Source of the DNA: Verrucomicrobiota bacterium
Lineage (GTDB): Bacteria; Verrucomicrobiota; Verrucomicrobiia; Limisphaerales; UBA1319
Assembly: GCA_022711435.1 (NCBI GenBank)
Contig: JAKLFB010000019.1
Coordinates: 23,521 to 87,520 of the forward strand
Reading direction: 5' to 3'
DNA: 64,000 nucleotides
A program made the position numbers and the translations under genes. The notes under the pieces were generated by a model. It was not told where the DNA came from and made no database searches. It worked only from the letters and a program-made list of their open reading frames with translations. Below are positions 1 through 8,493 of the stretch, in pieces. The stretch's first letter is position 1, and each line of letters opens with the position of its first letter.

Positions 1-910
1 CGTCCACCACCCGGAATCGAAAGGGCGGATACACGAACAACGAGGTCTGTCCCGATCCGCTTCTTGGCTGGCCCCCGTGCTCCATCGCCGCACTCTCGAG
101 AACCCGCAGCGTCGTCGTGCCCACCGCCACCACCCGCCCGCCCGCCTCCCGCGTGCGCCACACCGCTTCCGCCGCCCCCTCGCTCAGCTCATATCGCTCC
201 GCATGCATCGGGTGCTGCTCCAATGTATCTGTCTTGACCGGCGCAAAGGTACCCCACCCCACGTGCAGGGTGACATGCCCGATCCCCACCCCTCGAGCAC
301 GCGCCTCGTCCAGCAGCGCCTGCGTAAAATGCAGGCCCGCCGTCGGCGCCGCCACCGACCCCGGCACCCGCGCATACACAGTCTGATACCGCTCCCCGTC
401 CTCCCGATCCAATACCCCGCCGCACCGCTCGATATACGGAGGCAGCGGCACTTCCCCCAGCTCCGAAAGCCGGTCCAGCACGTCCGCTTCCCCCAGAAAC
501 TCCAGACGATATCGACCCTCGGCGCTCTTCTCCCGCACAATGGCATCCAGAAAGCCCCCTCCAGGAAGCCGGCCGACCAGCCGAAGCCGTGTCCCCGCCT
601 TCACCCGCTTGCCCGGACGCACCATCGCCCACCAGTCGTTCCGCCGGTTCTCGTCCACAATGAGAACCTCGACCGCACCCCCAGTCCCCACTTTCATCCC
701 GCGCATCCGCGCCGGAATCACCCGCGAATCGTTCAACACCAGCAAGTCACCCGGCTCCAAATACCGCAGCAGATCGCGGAACTGCCCATGCCTCCATTCA
801 CGCTTGCCACGATCCAAAACCATGAGCCGCGATCCGTCCCGCTCGCGAGTCGGATGCTGAGCGATCAGTTCGGCAGGCAGCTCGTAATGAAAATCCACCG
901 TCCGCATCAT
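1..910 (-). CDS. queA: S-adenosylmethionine:tRNA ribosyltransferase-isomerase (QueA); 3' end runs off the window
   Basis: Own translation of the minus strand from ATG at 910..908 gives MMRTVDFHYELPAELIAQHPTRERDGSRLMVL, then LNDSRVIPAR, PLPPYI, YQTVYA and SVAAPTAGLHFT. The frame is open to position 1. It is missing from the ORF track because no stop lies inside the window. The plus-strand ORF 77..919 is its shadow. Confidence 0.85.
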   Translation of the reverse strand, partial: MMRTVDFHYELPAELIAQHPTRERDGSRLMVLDRGKREWRHGQFRDLLRYLEPGDLLVLNDSRVIPARMRGMKVGTGGAVEVLIVDENRRNDWWAMVRPGKRVKAGTRLRLVGRLPGGGFLDAIVREKSAEGRYRLEFLGEADVLDRLSELGEVPLPPYIERCGGVLDREDGERYQTVYARVPGSVAAPTAGLHFTQALLDEARARGVGIGHVTLHVGWGTFAPVKTDTLEQHPMHAERYELSEGAAEAVWRTREAGGRVVAVGTTTLRVLESAAMEHGGQPRSGSGQTSLFVYPPFRFRVVD

Positions 911-1084
911 TGGAGTTGATCTGGTGAAAACCGATGTGAATAGGAACCCGAGCGGGAGCGCAAGTGCCTCATCCAGAACCTGAATATCAACTGGAGGATC
1001 CCCGGGAAAAACCAGCGAGCAACCGGTGAATAGCCCGTGAACAATCCGGGGACAAATCGAGAGCCAGGACCACAGAGAAAGGGA

Positions 1085-1138
1085 TTGACCCAGGAAACGA
1101 TTAGTGTCTTAATGTGTTTCGATTTGCAGCATTGTGTC
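1085..1138 (+). promoter_or_regulatory. Candidate dcw promoter plus possible MraZ operator boxes
   Basis: TTGACC (1085..1090), an 18-nt spacer, then TTAATG (1109..1114). Three GTGT[CT] boxes sit at 1104, 1114 and 1134, spaced by 10 and 20 nt (helical periodicity). They lie in a lower-G+C spacer just upstream of mraZ. MraZ proteins are known to bind short direct repeats in their own promoter. Confidence 0.3.
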
Positions 1139-1158
1139 GTACTATGGGAAATTGCTGA

Positions 1159-1707
1159 ATGTCTGATTCCGCCACAAAAGAGTTGCTCCGTGAGCTCATT
1201 AAAGAGTCGATCATCGAGTCGGCGGATAAACCTCCTTTCTATTGCAGCGGTCGCTATTCACAAAAAGTCGATTCCAAACGCAGAATTCAGGTACCAGCAA
1301 AATGGCGTCTCCCAGGTGATAACGTCGAGCTCACCGCCGTCATCTGGCCGCTCTCCCCCAAGGAAGAATGCCGGTGCATCGGCGTGATCACTCCGGATAC
1401 TTTAAACCGGCTCCTCGGCGAATGGAAGCACGAACCTGTCTTCAACGACGCTGGCGCTGCCCGCCGCCGCTTCTACTCCGAATTCACCACTCAGGTCTGC
1501 GTCGACGGAGCCGGACGCATCTGCTTGCCAGAATGGATGACCATGGAAACTGGAATCGAAAAGGATGTCATCCTCATCGGAATGATGGACTGGGGCTTCC
1601 AGATCTGGAACCCGGAGCGTTTCGCAAAGCAAAAATCCAGGGACGCCCTGAGCATCGAAGCCAACCCGCCCCCAGCCACCAACTTCAATCCCATTTCACC
1701 ACCATGA
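1159..1707 (+). CDS. mraZ: Transcriptional regulator MraZ (with ~27-aa N-terminal extension if ATG 1159 is used)
   Basis: Two SpoVT/AbrB-type repeats, KVDSKRRIQVPAKWR and VDGAGRICLPEWM. It is the first gene of the dcw cluster. Confidence 0.8.
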   Translation: MSDSATKELLRELIKESIIESADKPPFYCSGRYSQKVDSKRRIQVPAKWRLPGDNVELTAVIWPLSPKEECRCIGVITPDTLNRLLGEWKHEPVFNDAGAARRRFYSEFTTQVCVDGAGRICLPEWMTMETGIEKDVILIGMMDWGFQIWNPERFAKQKSRDALSIEANPPPATNFNPISPP

Positions 1708-2324
1708 GCCTGGGCCGCCTCCTCGCCGTCAGCCACACGCTTACCAGCGTGCGCACCTCCCCCAGCCCTTATCGCCTGGCCGGCTCCCTCCACCTCCCGA
1801 AGTTCGGCCCCGCATGCTGTCCTCAGGCCGCTTCGCCGTCTCCTGAGACCGCCCATCCCAAACCCGCCGCGCCCGCCTGCCCCGAGACGGCCGCCTCCAT
1901 CCCGGCGCCCCCCCCGCCGCCACAGCCTGCCGCACCCGCTCCGATCCGCACCGATGCACCGGATCGCTCCAGCGCACGCCCCGCCATTCCCCGGGGCGCA
2001 TCCGCAAAGTTCGTCTCCTCGGCTGCCCGAGCCGCCTGGTCCCCCCTCCGCCGCCTGTTCAGCCGCCGCTGCCGCCGATCCTCCGGAGCCGCCTCGGTCC
2101 TTCGCCAGACCGAGCTGTCCCTGGACACGGTGCGGGTCGTGCGAAATGACCTGCTCGAGTCCGATGTCGACGTGGTTGTCCGACCCTCGGCTGCCGCGGT
2201 CCGAAAATCCAGGGTCTCGCCTGGCCCCGCCCTGTCGATCTCCGCCGCGCTGGTCTCCTTCTGGTCGTGGGCCCGGCGATCGCGGAAATTCAACCCCTTC
2301 ACCCATTCCTCGCATGCCTCGTGA
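1704..2324 (+). CDS. Hypothetical protein (206 aa) inserted between mraZ and rsmH
   Basis: Internal ATG of ORF 1368..2324 at 1704, overlapping the mraZ stop (ATGA). Its stop overlaps the GTG of rsmH (GTGA at 2321..2324). Third codon positions are strongly G/C-biased in this frame. The protein has a Pro/Ala-rich middle, then ELSLDTVRVVRNDLLESDVDVV and a hydrophobic ALSISAALVSFWSWA. No family recognised. Confidence 0.55.
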   Translation: MSLGRLLAVSHTLTSVRTSPSPYRLAGSLHLPKFGPACCPQAASPSPETAHPKPAAPACPETAASIPAPPPPPQPAAPAPIRTDAPDRSSARPAIPRGASAKFVSSAARAAWSPLRRLFSRRCRRSSGAASVLRQTELSLDTVRVVRNDLLESDVDVVVRPSAAAVRKSRVSPGPALSISAALVSFWSWARRSRKFNPFTHSSHAS

Positions 2325-3259
2325 ATCCGTTCCTTCACCAGTCAGTGCTGCTCAACGAGGTGGTGCATCACCTGGCCCCGAAGCCGGAGAAACGATATCT
2401 CGACGCCACCGTCGGTGGGGCTGGACACGCGGCTGCCATTTTGGAAGCCAGCGCACCGACGGGCTGGCTGTTTGCGTGCGATCGCGATGGCGCGGCGATT
2501 GACGCCGCCGCGCGGCGGCTCGCCCCATTTGCGGGCCGCTTCGAATTGCGCCACATGGCCTTTGATCAAGTGGACCAATGGATTGAACCGGAGTCTTGCG
2601 ATGGCGTCCTCGCCGACCTCGGCCTCAGCTCTCCCATGGTCGATCGGCCCGAGCGCGGCTTCAGCTTCCTGCTCGACGGCCCCCTGGACATGCGCATGGA
2701 TTGCCGCCAGACCCTCACCGCCGCCGACGTCATCCGCGATGCGCCCGTCGGCGAGCTGATCCGGATCTTCGGCCGGCTCGGTGGCGAGCCCCGCGCCCGG
2801 GCCATCGCGCGTGCCGTCGATTCCGAGCGCCGCCGCGCTCCCCTCGAGACCACCGGGCAGCTCGCCCGCCTGGTCGAGCGCATCCACCCCCGCCGCGGAA
2901 GCCGCGCCCATCCCGCCACCCGCGTCTTTCTCGGCCTTCGCCTCCACGTCAACGACGAGCTCGCCCAGCTCGATCGGGGCCTGCCCGCCCTCTGGAGTTG
3001 CGTCGCCCCCGGCGGCCGGCTCGCCATCATCACCTTCCACTCCCTCGAAGACCGACAGGTCAAGCAGTTCGGCAACGCTCGCGCCCGCAGCTACACATGC
3101 CCGGGCGCCCTCGATATCCCCGAGCTCCGCCAGCCCAGATCCCCCGACCTCCGCTGGGTCAGCCGCCGCCCAATCCGCCCTTCTCCCGAAGAGCTCGCCG
3201 CCAACCCGCGCTCCCGCAGCGCCCAACTCCGCGTCATGGAGAAATGCCATGCCTCGTAA
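2321..3259 (+). CDS. rsmH: 16S rRNA (cytosine1402-N4)-methyltransferase RsmH/MraW
   Basis: HQSVLLNEV near the N-terminus, DATVGGAGHAAAIL (SAM site), DLGLSSPMVD and FHSLEDR. The track ORF starts at 2267. The GTG at 2321 gives a canonical N-terminus and a 4-nt overlap with the upstream gene. Confidence 0.9.
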   Translation: MNPFLHQSVLLNEVVHHLAPKPEKRYLDATVGGAGHAAAILEASAPTGWLFACDRDGAAIDAAARRLAPFAGRFELRHMAFDQVDQWIEPESCDGVLADLGLSSPMVDRPERGFSFLLDGPLDMRMDCRQTLTAADVIRDAPVGELIRIFGRLGGEPRARAIARAVDSERRRAPLETTGQLARLVERIHPRRGSRAHPATRVFLGLRLHVNDELAQLDRGLPALWSCVAPGGRLAIITFHSLEDRQVKQFGNARARSYTCPGALDIPELRQPRSPDLRWVSRRPIRPSPEELAANPRSRSAQLRVMEKCHAS

Positions 3260-3623
3260 CCGCAAGAACCAATCGGCCGCCCTCCGATTCGGGCCCGCCC
3301 TCAAAGCCCTCCTGGTCTGCGCCCTCATCGGGGGCAGCGGCGTCGGCTACATCTCCCTGCAACAGCAGGTCTACCATCTCGCCCAAACCAAGATGAGCCG
3401 CGAGCAGCAGCTCGATCAGCTCCGCGAGCAAAACCGCCGGCTCGCCGCCGCCTACCGCGAGCTGACCGCCGACCCCACCCTCGAAGCCCGCATCCGCGAG
3501 CTCCATCTCGACCTGGTCCCCGCGCAGCCCGCCCAAGTCGTCCGCCTGCCGGAACCGCCAGAGCAGTCCGCCGCCCAACCGTCCCTCCGCCAATACGCCG
3601 GCGATCCTTCCGACCCCCGCTAG
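3249..3623 (+). CDS. FtsL-like cell division protein (single TM + coiled coil)
   Basis: ATG 3249 inside ORF 2781..3623. TM segment ALKALLVCALIGGSGVGYISL is followed by a heptad-like stretch QLDQLREQNRRLAAAYRELT. Canonical position between rsmH and ftsI. Confidence 0.6.
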   Translation: MPRNRKNQSAALRFGPALKALLVCALIGGSGVGYISLQQQVYHLAQTKMSREQQLDQLREQNRRLAAAYRELTADPTLEARIRELHLDLVPAQPAQVVRLPEPPEQSAAQPSLRQYAGDPSDPR

Positions 3624-3680
3624 CCGCCCGCCACCCGCCGCGGCAGGTGACTCGCCTCCAAACCCCCAGGTCACACCGCC

Positions 3681-5582
3681 ATGAAACGTTTCCAACACCG
3701 CCGGCAGTTGCACGTGCTGGTCCTGATGTTGCTGGCCGGCCTGGGCCTGGCCTTCCGCCTGGTCCACCTCCACGTCATCCGCCACGAGGAGCTCACCATC
3801 AAGGCCGCCCAAAGCACCCAGCGCCAGTTCCTCCGCGAGCCCATCCGCGGCGAGATCCGCGACATCAAAGGCAACCTCCTCGCCATCAGCCGCCGCACCC
3901 TCAAGATCTGCGCCGATCCCACCCTCCTCTCCAATACCAATGTCCAGGACCGACGCCCTGAAGTGTGCCGCGCCCTCAGCCCCCTCCTTCAAATCGATCC
4001 GGCAGAGCTCTATCGCCAGCTCGAGCTCCGGCCCGCCTATCCCCTCCGCACCAATGACCACGGCCAGATCGTTCCCTGCCAATACGTCGTCCTCAAACGC
4101 AACTTCGACCCTGACCTCTGGCCCGCCCTGACCAACGCCATGCACCACCTGGATTTCGGCTTCAACCTCCAGGAGCTGCCCCGCCGCCACCGCCGCCATT
4201 TTTATAACCTCCGCCGTTTCGCCATCTTCAGCGAGGACGACCAGCTGCGCGAATACCCCCACCACACCCTCGCCAGCCAGATTGTCGGATACGCCGGCCT
4301 CGACCTCGATCCCGCCCGCCCCGTCGAAACCATCCTCGGCAAAGAGGGCATCGAGCTCACTCTCGATCATCTCCTCCGAGGGTTCCCCGGCTGGATCATC
4401 ACCGAACGCGACGTCCGCGGGCGCGAGGTCGTCGTCCACCGCAAGGTCGATGTCGCACCCCAGCCCGGCCACAACGTCGTCCTCACCATCGACCTCGGGC
4501 TCCAGAACATCCTCGAATCCGAGCTCCGCCAGGCCATGACCGCCTATGCGCCCACCAGCGTCTGCGGCATCATCGTCCGGCCCCGGACCGGCGAAATCCT
4601 CGCCATGGCAACCCTCCCCAGCTTCGATCCCAACCAGCCCGGCGCCTCCCCGCCCGGCCACCGGCGCAACCGTGCCGTGACCGAGATCGCCGAGCCCGGA
4701 AGCACCTTCAAACCGTTCGCCCTCGCCGCCGCCATCGAGTCCCGCCTCGCCTACCTCAACGAGCGCATCTTCTGCGAGAACGGCAGCTGGTGGTTCGCCG
4801 GTAAAATCCTCCGCGACCACGAGTCCTACGGCATCCTCACCGTCGAGCGCATCATCGCCAAATCCTCCAACATCGGTGTCGCCAAGATCGGCATCCGCCT
4901 CGGCCCGCTCCTCCTCCATGAGTTCATCCGCCGCTTTGGCTTCGGCGACCGCACCGGCATCGAGCTCCCTGGCGAGGTCCGAGGCATCGTCCACCCCGCC
5001 GACAAGTGGTCCCGGCTCTCCCTCTCCCGCATCCCCATCGGCCAGGGCATCGCCGTCTCCCCCCTCCAGCTCGTCATGGCCATGAGCGCCATCGCCAGCG
5101 AAGGACAGCTCATGAAACCCCGCCTCCTGGATCGCGTCGAGGACGCCCAGGGCCGCGTCATCATGAAGACCAGCCCCGAGGTCGTCCGCCAGGTTGTCTC
5201 CCCGGAAACCGCGCGCCTCGTCGTCCAAGCCCTCAAAGCCGTCGTCTCCCCCGAAGGCACCGGCGCCAAGGCGCAGCTCTCCTATTACAAAATTGCGGGC
5301 AAGACCGGCACCGCTGAAAAAGCGGGGCGCGGCGGTTACCAGGAGGGGAAATACTTCGCATCGTTTGTCGGGTTCTTCCCGGCCGACCAGCCTGAGCTCT
5401 GCATCCTCGTCGCCCTGGATGAGCCCCGGAAAAAGGACTACTACGGCGGCCAGACGGCCGGACCCGTGTTCCACAATGTCGCCGAGCGGGCGGCCCGCTA
5501 CCTGAGCCTGCCCCCCGATCTCGAGCCGCCCCCCGAGATCGCCGCCACCTCCCGCCCCACCTCCACCTCCTCTCGCCACTGA
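3681..5582 (+). CDS. ftsI: Peptidoglycan D,D-transpeptidase FtsI (class B PBP)
   Basis: N-terminal TM, then SxxK (GSTFKPF), SxN (KSSNIG) and KTG (GKTGTA) motifs. dcw position. Confidence 0.92.
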   Translation: MKRFQHRRQLHVLVLMLLAGLGLAFRLVHLHVIRHEELTIKAAQSTQRQFLREPIRGEIRDIKGNLLAISRRTLKICADPTLLSNTNVQDRRPEVCRALSPLLQIDPAELYRQLELRPAYPLRTNDHGQIVPCQYVVLKRNFDPDLWPALTNAMHHLDFGFNLQELPRRHRRHFYNLRRFAIFSEDDQLREYPHHTLASQIVGYAGLDLDPARPVETILGKEGIELTLDHLLRGFPGWIITERDVRGREVVVHRKVDVAPQPGHNVVLTIDLGLQNILESELRQAMTAYAPTSVCGIIVRPRTGEILAMATLPSFDPNQPGASPPGHRRNRAVTEIAEPGSTFKPFALAAAIESRLAYLNERIFCENGSWWFAGKILRDHESYGILTVERIIAKSSNIGVAKIGIRLGPLLLHEFIRRFGFGDRTGIELPGEVRGIVHPADKWSRLSLSRIPIGQGIAVSPLQLVMAMSAIASEGQLMKPRLLDRVEDAQGRVIMKTSPEVVRQVVSPETARLVVQALKAVVSPEGTGAKAQLSYYKIAGKTGTAEKAGRGGYQEGKYFASFVGFFPADQPELCILVALDEPRKKDYYGGQTAGPVFHNVAERAARYLSLPPDLEPPPEIAATSRPTSTSSRH

Positions 5583-5587
5583 CGCTT

Positions 5588-7072
5588 ATGCTCCTCCGCC
5601 ATCTTGCCGCCAGCCTCAACATCGTCCGCACTCAGGGCTCGCTCGATCGCGAGGTCCGCAGCCTCGCGCTCGACTCCCAGCGCACCGCATCCGGATCGGT
5701 CTTCGTCGCCCTACCCAACCCCAGCCCCCATTCCGGCGAGTCCATCCAGGAGGCCGTCGACCGCGGCGCGGTCGCCGTCGTGTGCCAGTGCCGCGGCGTG
5801 TTCGCGCCCCGTGCCACGGTCATCCAGGTCCCCGATGCCCGCGAGGCGCTCCTGCGCCTGGCCGAGGCCTTCTTCCAGCACCCCGGCGCCAAGCTCCAGA
5901 CCATCCATGTCGCCGGCGCCTCCGCAGCCGCTCCCGTCGCTTTCATCCTCCGCGAAATCCTCGAAGCCGCCGGTGATCGCACCGGCCTCATCAGCAGCAT
6001 CCACCACCAGTTGGGCGATCGGGTCCTCCCCGCCTGGTTCACCCCGCCCACCCCGCTCGAAACCCAGGCGCTCCTGGCCCAGATGGTCCGGATCGGTTGC
6101 CGGTTCTGCGTCCTCGAACAGCCCGCCGCCGCTCCCCACCTCCAAGGCATCGACGTCCTTCTCCAGCACCAGAAACCGGGATGGTTCGTTCCCGGTGCCA
6201 TCCCTCCCGTCTCTCCTCCTCAGCTGGGCCCCTCGATCGACCGCTACCGGACGCGGCAGGCCTCGCTCACTGTCCACCAGGTCCCACCTGCCCCCGCCCT
6301 GCCCGGCGCCCGCATCGGCCCCATCGAGACTCTCGTCAGCTACGGAGCCCGCCCTTGGCTCCGCCTCGAGGCCAGCTCCCTCACGCTCTCCCCCGGCGGC
6401 GCCCGGTTCCAACTCCATACGCCCGCCGCCCGCATGACATGCCGGCTCCCATCGCCCGGCCAGTCCCACGTCCAATACGCCCTCGCCGCCGCCGGCATCG
6501 CCCTCGCCCTTGGCGTCGATCCATCCATCGTCCGCCGCGCCTTGTGCAGCCTGCCTCCCGTGCCCGGACGGCTCGAGCCGGTCGATGCCGGCCAGCCGTT
6601 CTCCGTTCTCGTCGATCGGGCCCGGCGGCCCGATGACCTCCGCGATGCCCTCCAGTCCGCCCGCGCTTTCACCGCCGGCCGCCTCCTGCTCGCCACCGGC
6701 AGCCCCGGCGGATCCCCCCTCGAGGAACGCATCGCCCTGGGCGAAGTCGCCGCGCGAATCGCCGACCTCACCGTGCTGACCAGCGACAATTCGTCCAAGG
6801 AATCCCCCGATCTCATCGCCTGCCAGATCCTCGCCGGCTACCACCGGATCCGCTCCAACGACGTCGCGATCGAACACGACCGGCAGCAGGCTATCCGCCA
6901 GCTTATCCGCCAGGCCCGCCCCGGCGATACCGTCCTCCTCGCCGGCAAAGGCAACGAAACCATTCAGATCGACCCCGACACGCTCCTGCCCTTCGACGAC
7001 CGCGTCTTCGCCCGCGAGATGATCGAGGAGTCGGGCTTCGCGGTCCCTGCCCGACGCCACCGGCTGCCATGA
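5588..7072 (+). CDS. murE: MurE-like Mur-ligase family protein with degenerate catalytic motifs (positional murE)
   Basis: Full-length (494 aa) co-linear similarity to MurE: LALDS..SVFVAL, AVDRGAVAVV, PVPGRLEP, TVLLAGKG. However, the P-loop is VAGASAAAP, the DNPR motif is DNSS, and GCGGDRD is GSPGGSP. See findings. Confidence 0.75.
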   Translation: MLLRHLAASLNIVRTQGSLDREVRSLALDSQRTASGSVFVALPNPSPHSGESIQEAVDRGAVAVVCQCRGVFAPRATVIQVPDAREALLRLAEAFFQHPGAKLQTIHVAGASAAAPVAFILREILEAAGDRTGLISSIHHQLGDRVLPAWFTPPTPLETQALLAQMVRIGCRFCVLEQPAAAPHLQGIDVLLQHQKPGWFVPGAIPPVSPPQLGPSIDRYRTRQASLTVHQVPPAPALPGARIGPIETLVSYGARPWLRLEASSLTLSPGGARFQLHTPAARMTCRLPSPGQSHVQYALAAAGIALALGVDPSIVRRALCSLPPVPGRLEPVDAGQPFSVLVDRARRPDDLRDALQSARAFTAGRLLLATGSPGGSPLEERIALGEVAARIADLTVLTSDNSSKESPDLIACQILAGYHRIRSNDVAIEHDRQQAIRQLIRQARPGDTVLLAGKGNETIQIDPDTLLPFDDRVFAREMIEESGFAVPARRHRLP

Positions 7073-8487
7073 TGGATAACCGCCCGCTATCGTTCATCGT
7101 CGAGGGCAGCCAGGGCCGGCTCCTCCAGGGCGACCCCAGCTGGATGATCTCCGGCGTCTGCCTCGATTCCCGCCAGGTCCAGCCCGGCGATCTCTTCGTC
7201 GCCATCCAGGGCCCGCGCTTCGATGGCCACGCTTTCGTCGGGGAAGCCGGCCGCCGCCAGGCCGCAGCCGCCCTCCTCCATCGCACCCCCGCCGAGCCCC
7301 CCCCCACGCTGCCCGCGATCGTCTCCGTCGATAACACGCGCCTCGCCCTCGGGCGGCTGGCCTCCCGCTACCGCCAGGATTTCCAGCTGCCCGCCATCGC
7401 CGTCTGCGGTTCCAACGGCAAGACCACCACAAAGGATATCCTCGCCTCCATCCTGTCCCAGCGCTTCCTCACCCTCCGCAGCCCCGCCAGCTTCAACAAC
7501 GATATCGGCGTCCCCCTCACCCTCCTCGACCTTCACGCGAGCCACCAGGCCGCCATCCTCGAGGCCGGCACCAACCACCCCGGCGAGCTCCTGCCCCTCT
7601 TGTCCATGATCCGTCCGCGCTTCGGCATCCTCACCAGCATCGGCCGCGAACACCTCGAGTTCTTCGGCAGCCTCGAGGGCGTCATCGCCGAAGAAGCCGC
7701 CCTGGCCGCAGCGCTTCCCCATCACGGCCGGCTCTTCCTCCCCGCCGACCTCGCCGGGCTCGACTTGATCGCCTCGCGCGCTGCCGCACCTCTGACCCGG
7801 GTCGGCTGGGGCCCAGCCGCCGACTGGCAGGCCGCCGATGTCTCCATCGACTGGGCCGGCACCCGCTTCCGCATCCTGCAGCCCGAGGGCCCGTGGGCGG
7901 GATCCTACCACCTCCCCATCCCGGGGCGCCACCAGGCCATCAACGCGCTCCTGGCCATCGCGCTGGCCGCCGAGCTGGGCCTCACGCCCGAGGAGGCCCG
8001 CGCCGGCCTGGCCGCCTTCACCGCCCCTGCCATGCGCCTCCAGACCCACGAGCGCCGCGGCGTCCGGTTCCTCAATGACGCCTATAATGCCAACCCGGAC
8101 TCCACTCGCGCCGCTCTCGAAACACTCCGCTGCTTGCCCGCCCCCGGCCGGCGCATCGCTGTTCTCGGCGATTTCGCCGAGTTGGGGGATGCTGCCGAAT
8201 CCGCCCACCGCGAGACCGGCCGCCTCGCTGCCGGCCTCCAGATCGATCTCCTCGTCGCCGTCGGCGCCCACGCCTCCGTTACCGCCCAGTCCGCCCGCCA
8301 GCACGGCCTCGACAACGTCCGCGAGTGCGCCACGCTCGAGGACGCACGCTCGTGCCTGGGCAGCCTGCTCCGACCCGGCGACCTCGTCCTGCTCAAGGCC
8401 TCCCGCTCTGCCGGCCTGGAGCGGTTGCTGGATCCGATCCCCCCGCTCTCGGCCCATGGCCTGCCAACGCCCCCCTCCCAGCCCTGA
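7069..8487 (+). CDS. murF: UDP-N-acetylmuramoyl-tripeptide--D-alanyl-D-alanine ligase MurF
   Basis: Intact P-loop CGSNGKTTTKD, plus LEAGTNHPGEL, DAYNANPDS and LLKASRSAGLE. ATGA overlap with the upstream gene. Confidence 0.92.
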   Translation: MMDNRPLSFIVEGSQGRLLQGDPSWMISGVCLDSRQVQPGDLFVAIQGPRFDGHAFVGEAGRRQAAAALLHRTPAEPPPTLPAIVSVDNTRLALGRLASRYRQDFQLPAIAVCGSNGKTTTKDILASILSQRFLTLRSPASFNNDIGVPLTLLDLHASHQAAILEAGTNHPGELLPLLSMIRPRFGILTSIGREHLEFFGSLEGVIAEEAALAAALPHHGRLFLPADLAGLDLIASRAAAPLTRVGWGPAADWQAADVSIDWAGTRFRILQPEGPWAGSYHLPIPGRHQAINALLAIALAAELGLTPEEARAGLAAFTAPAMRLQTHERRGVRFLNDAYNANPDSTRAALETLRCLPAPGRRIAVLGDFAELGDAAESAHRETGRLAAGLQIDLLVAVGAHASVTAQSARQHGLDNVRECATLEDARSCLGSLLRPGDLVLLKASRSAGLERLLDPIPPLSAHGLPTPPSQP

Positions 8488-8493
8488 TCCTCC

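Noticed and set aside
77-919. 280-aa plus-strand ORF (and nested ORFs 117..386, 540..860) at the window start
   Set aside because: Arg/Pro/His-rich low-complexity translation. The opposite strand encodes a clean QueA sequence over the same span, so these are shadow ORFs.
3234-5579. 781-aa minus-strand ORF
   Set aside because: It is antisense to ftsI, whose SxxK/SxN/KTG motifs are unambiguous. Its translation is Gly/Ala/Glu/Asp-rich low complexity, typical of high-G+C antisense frames.
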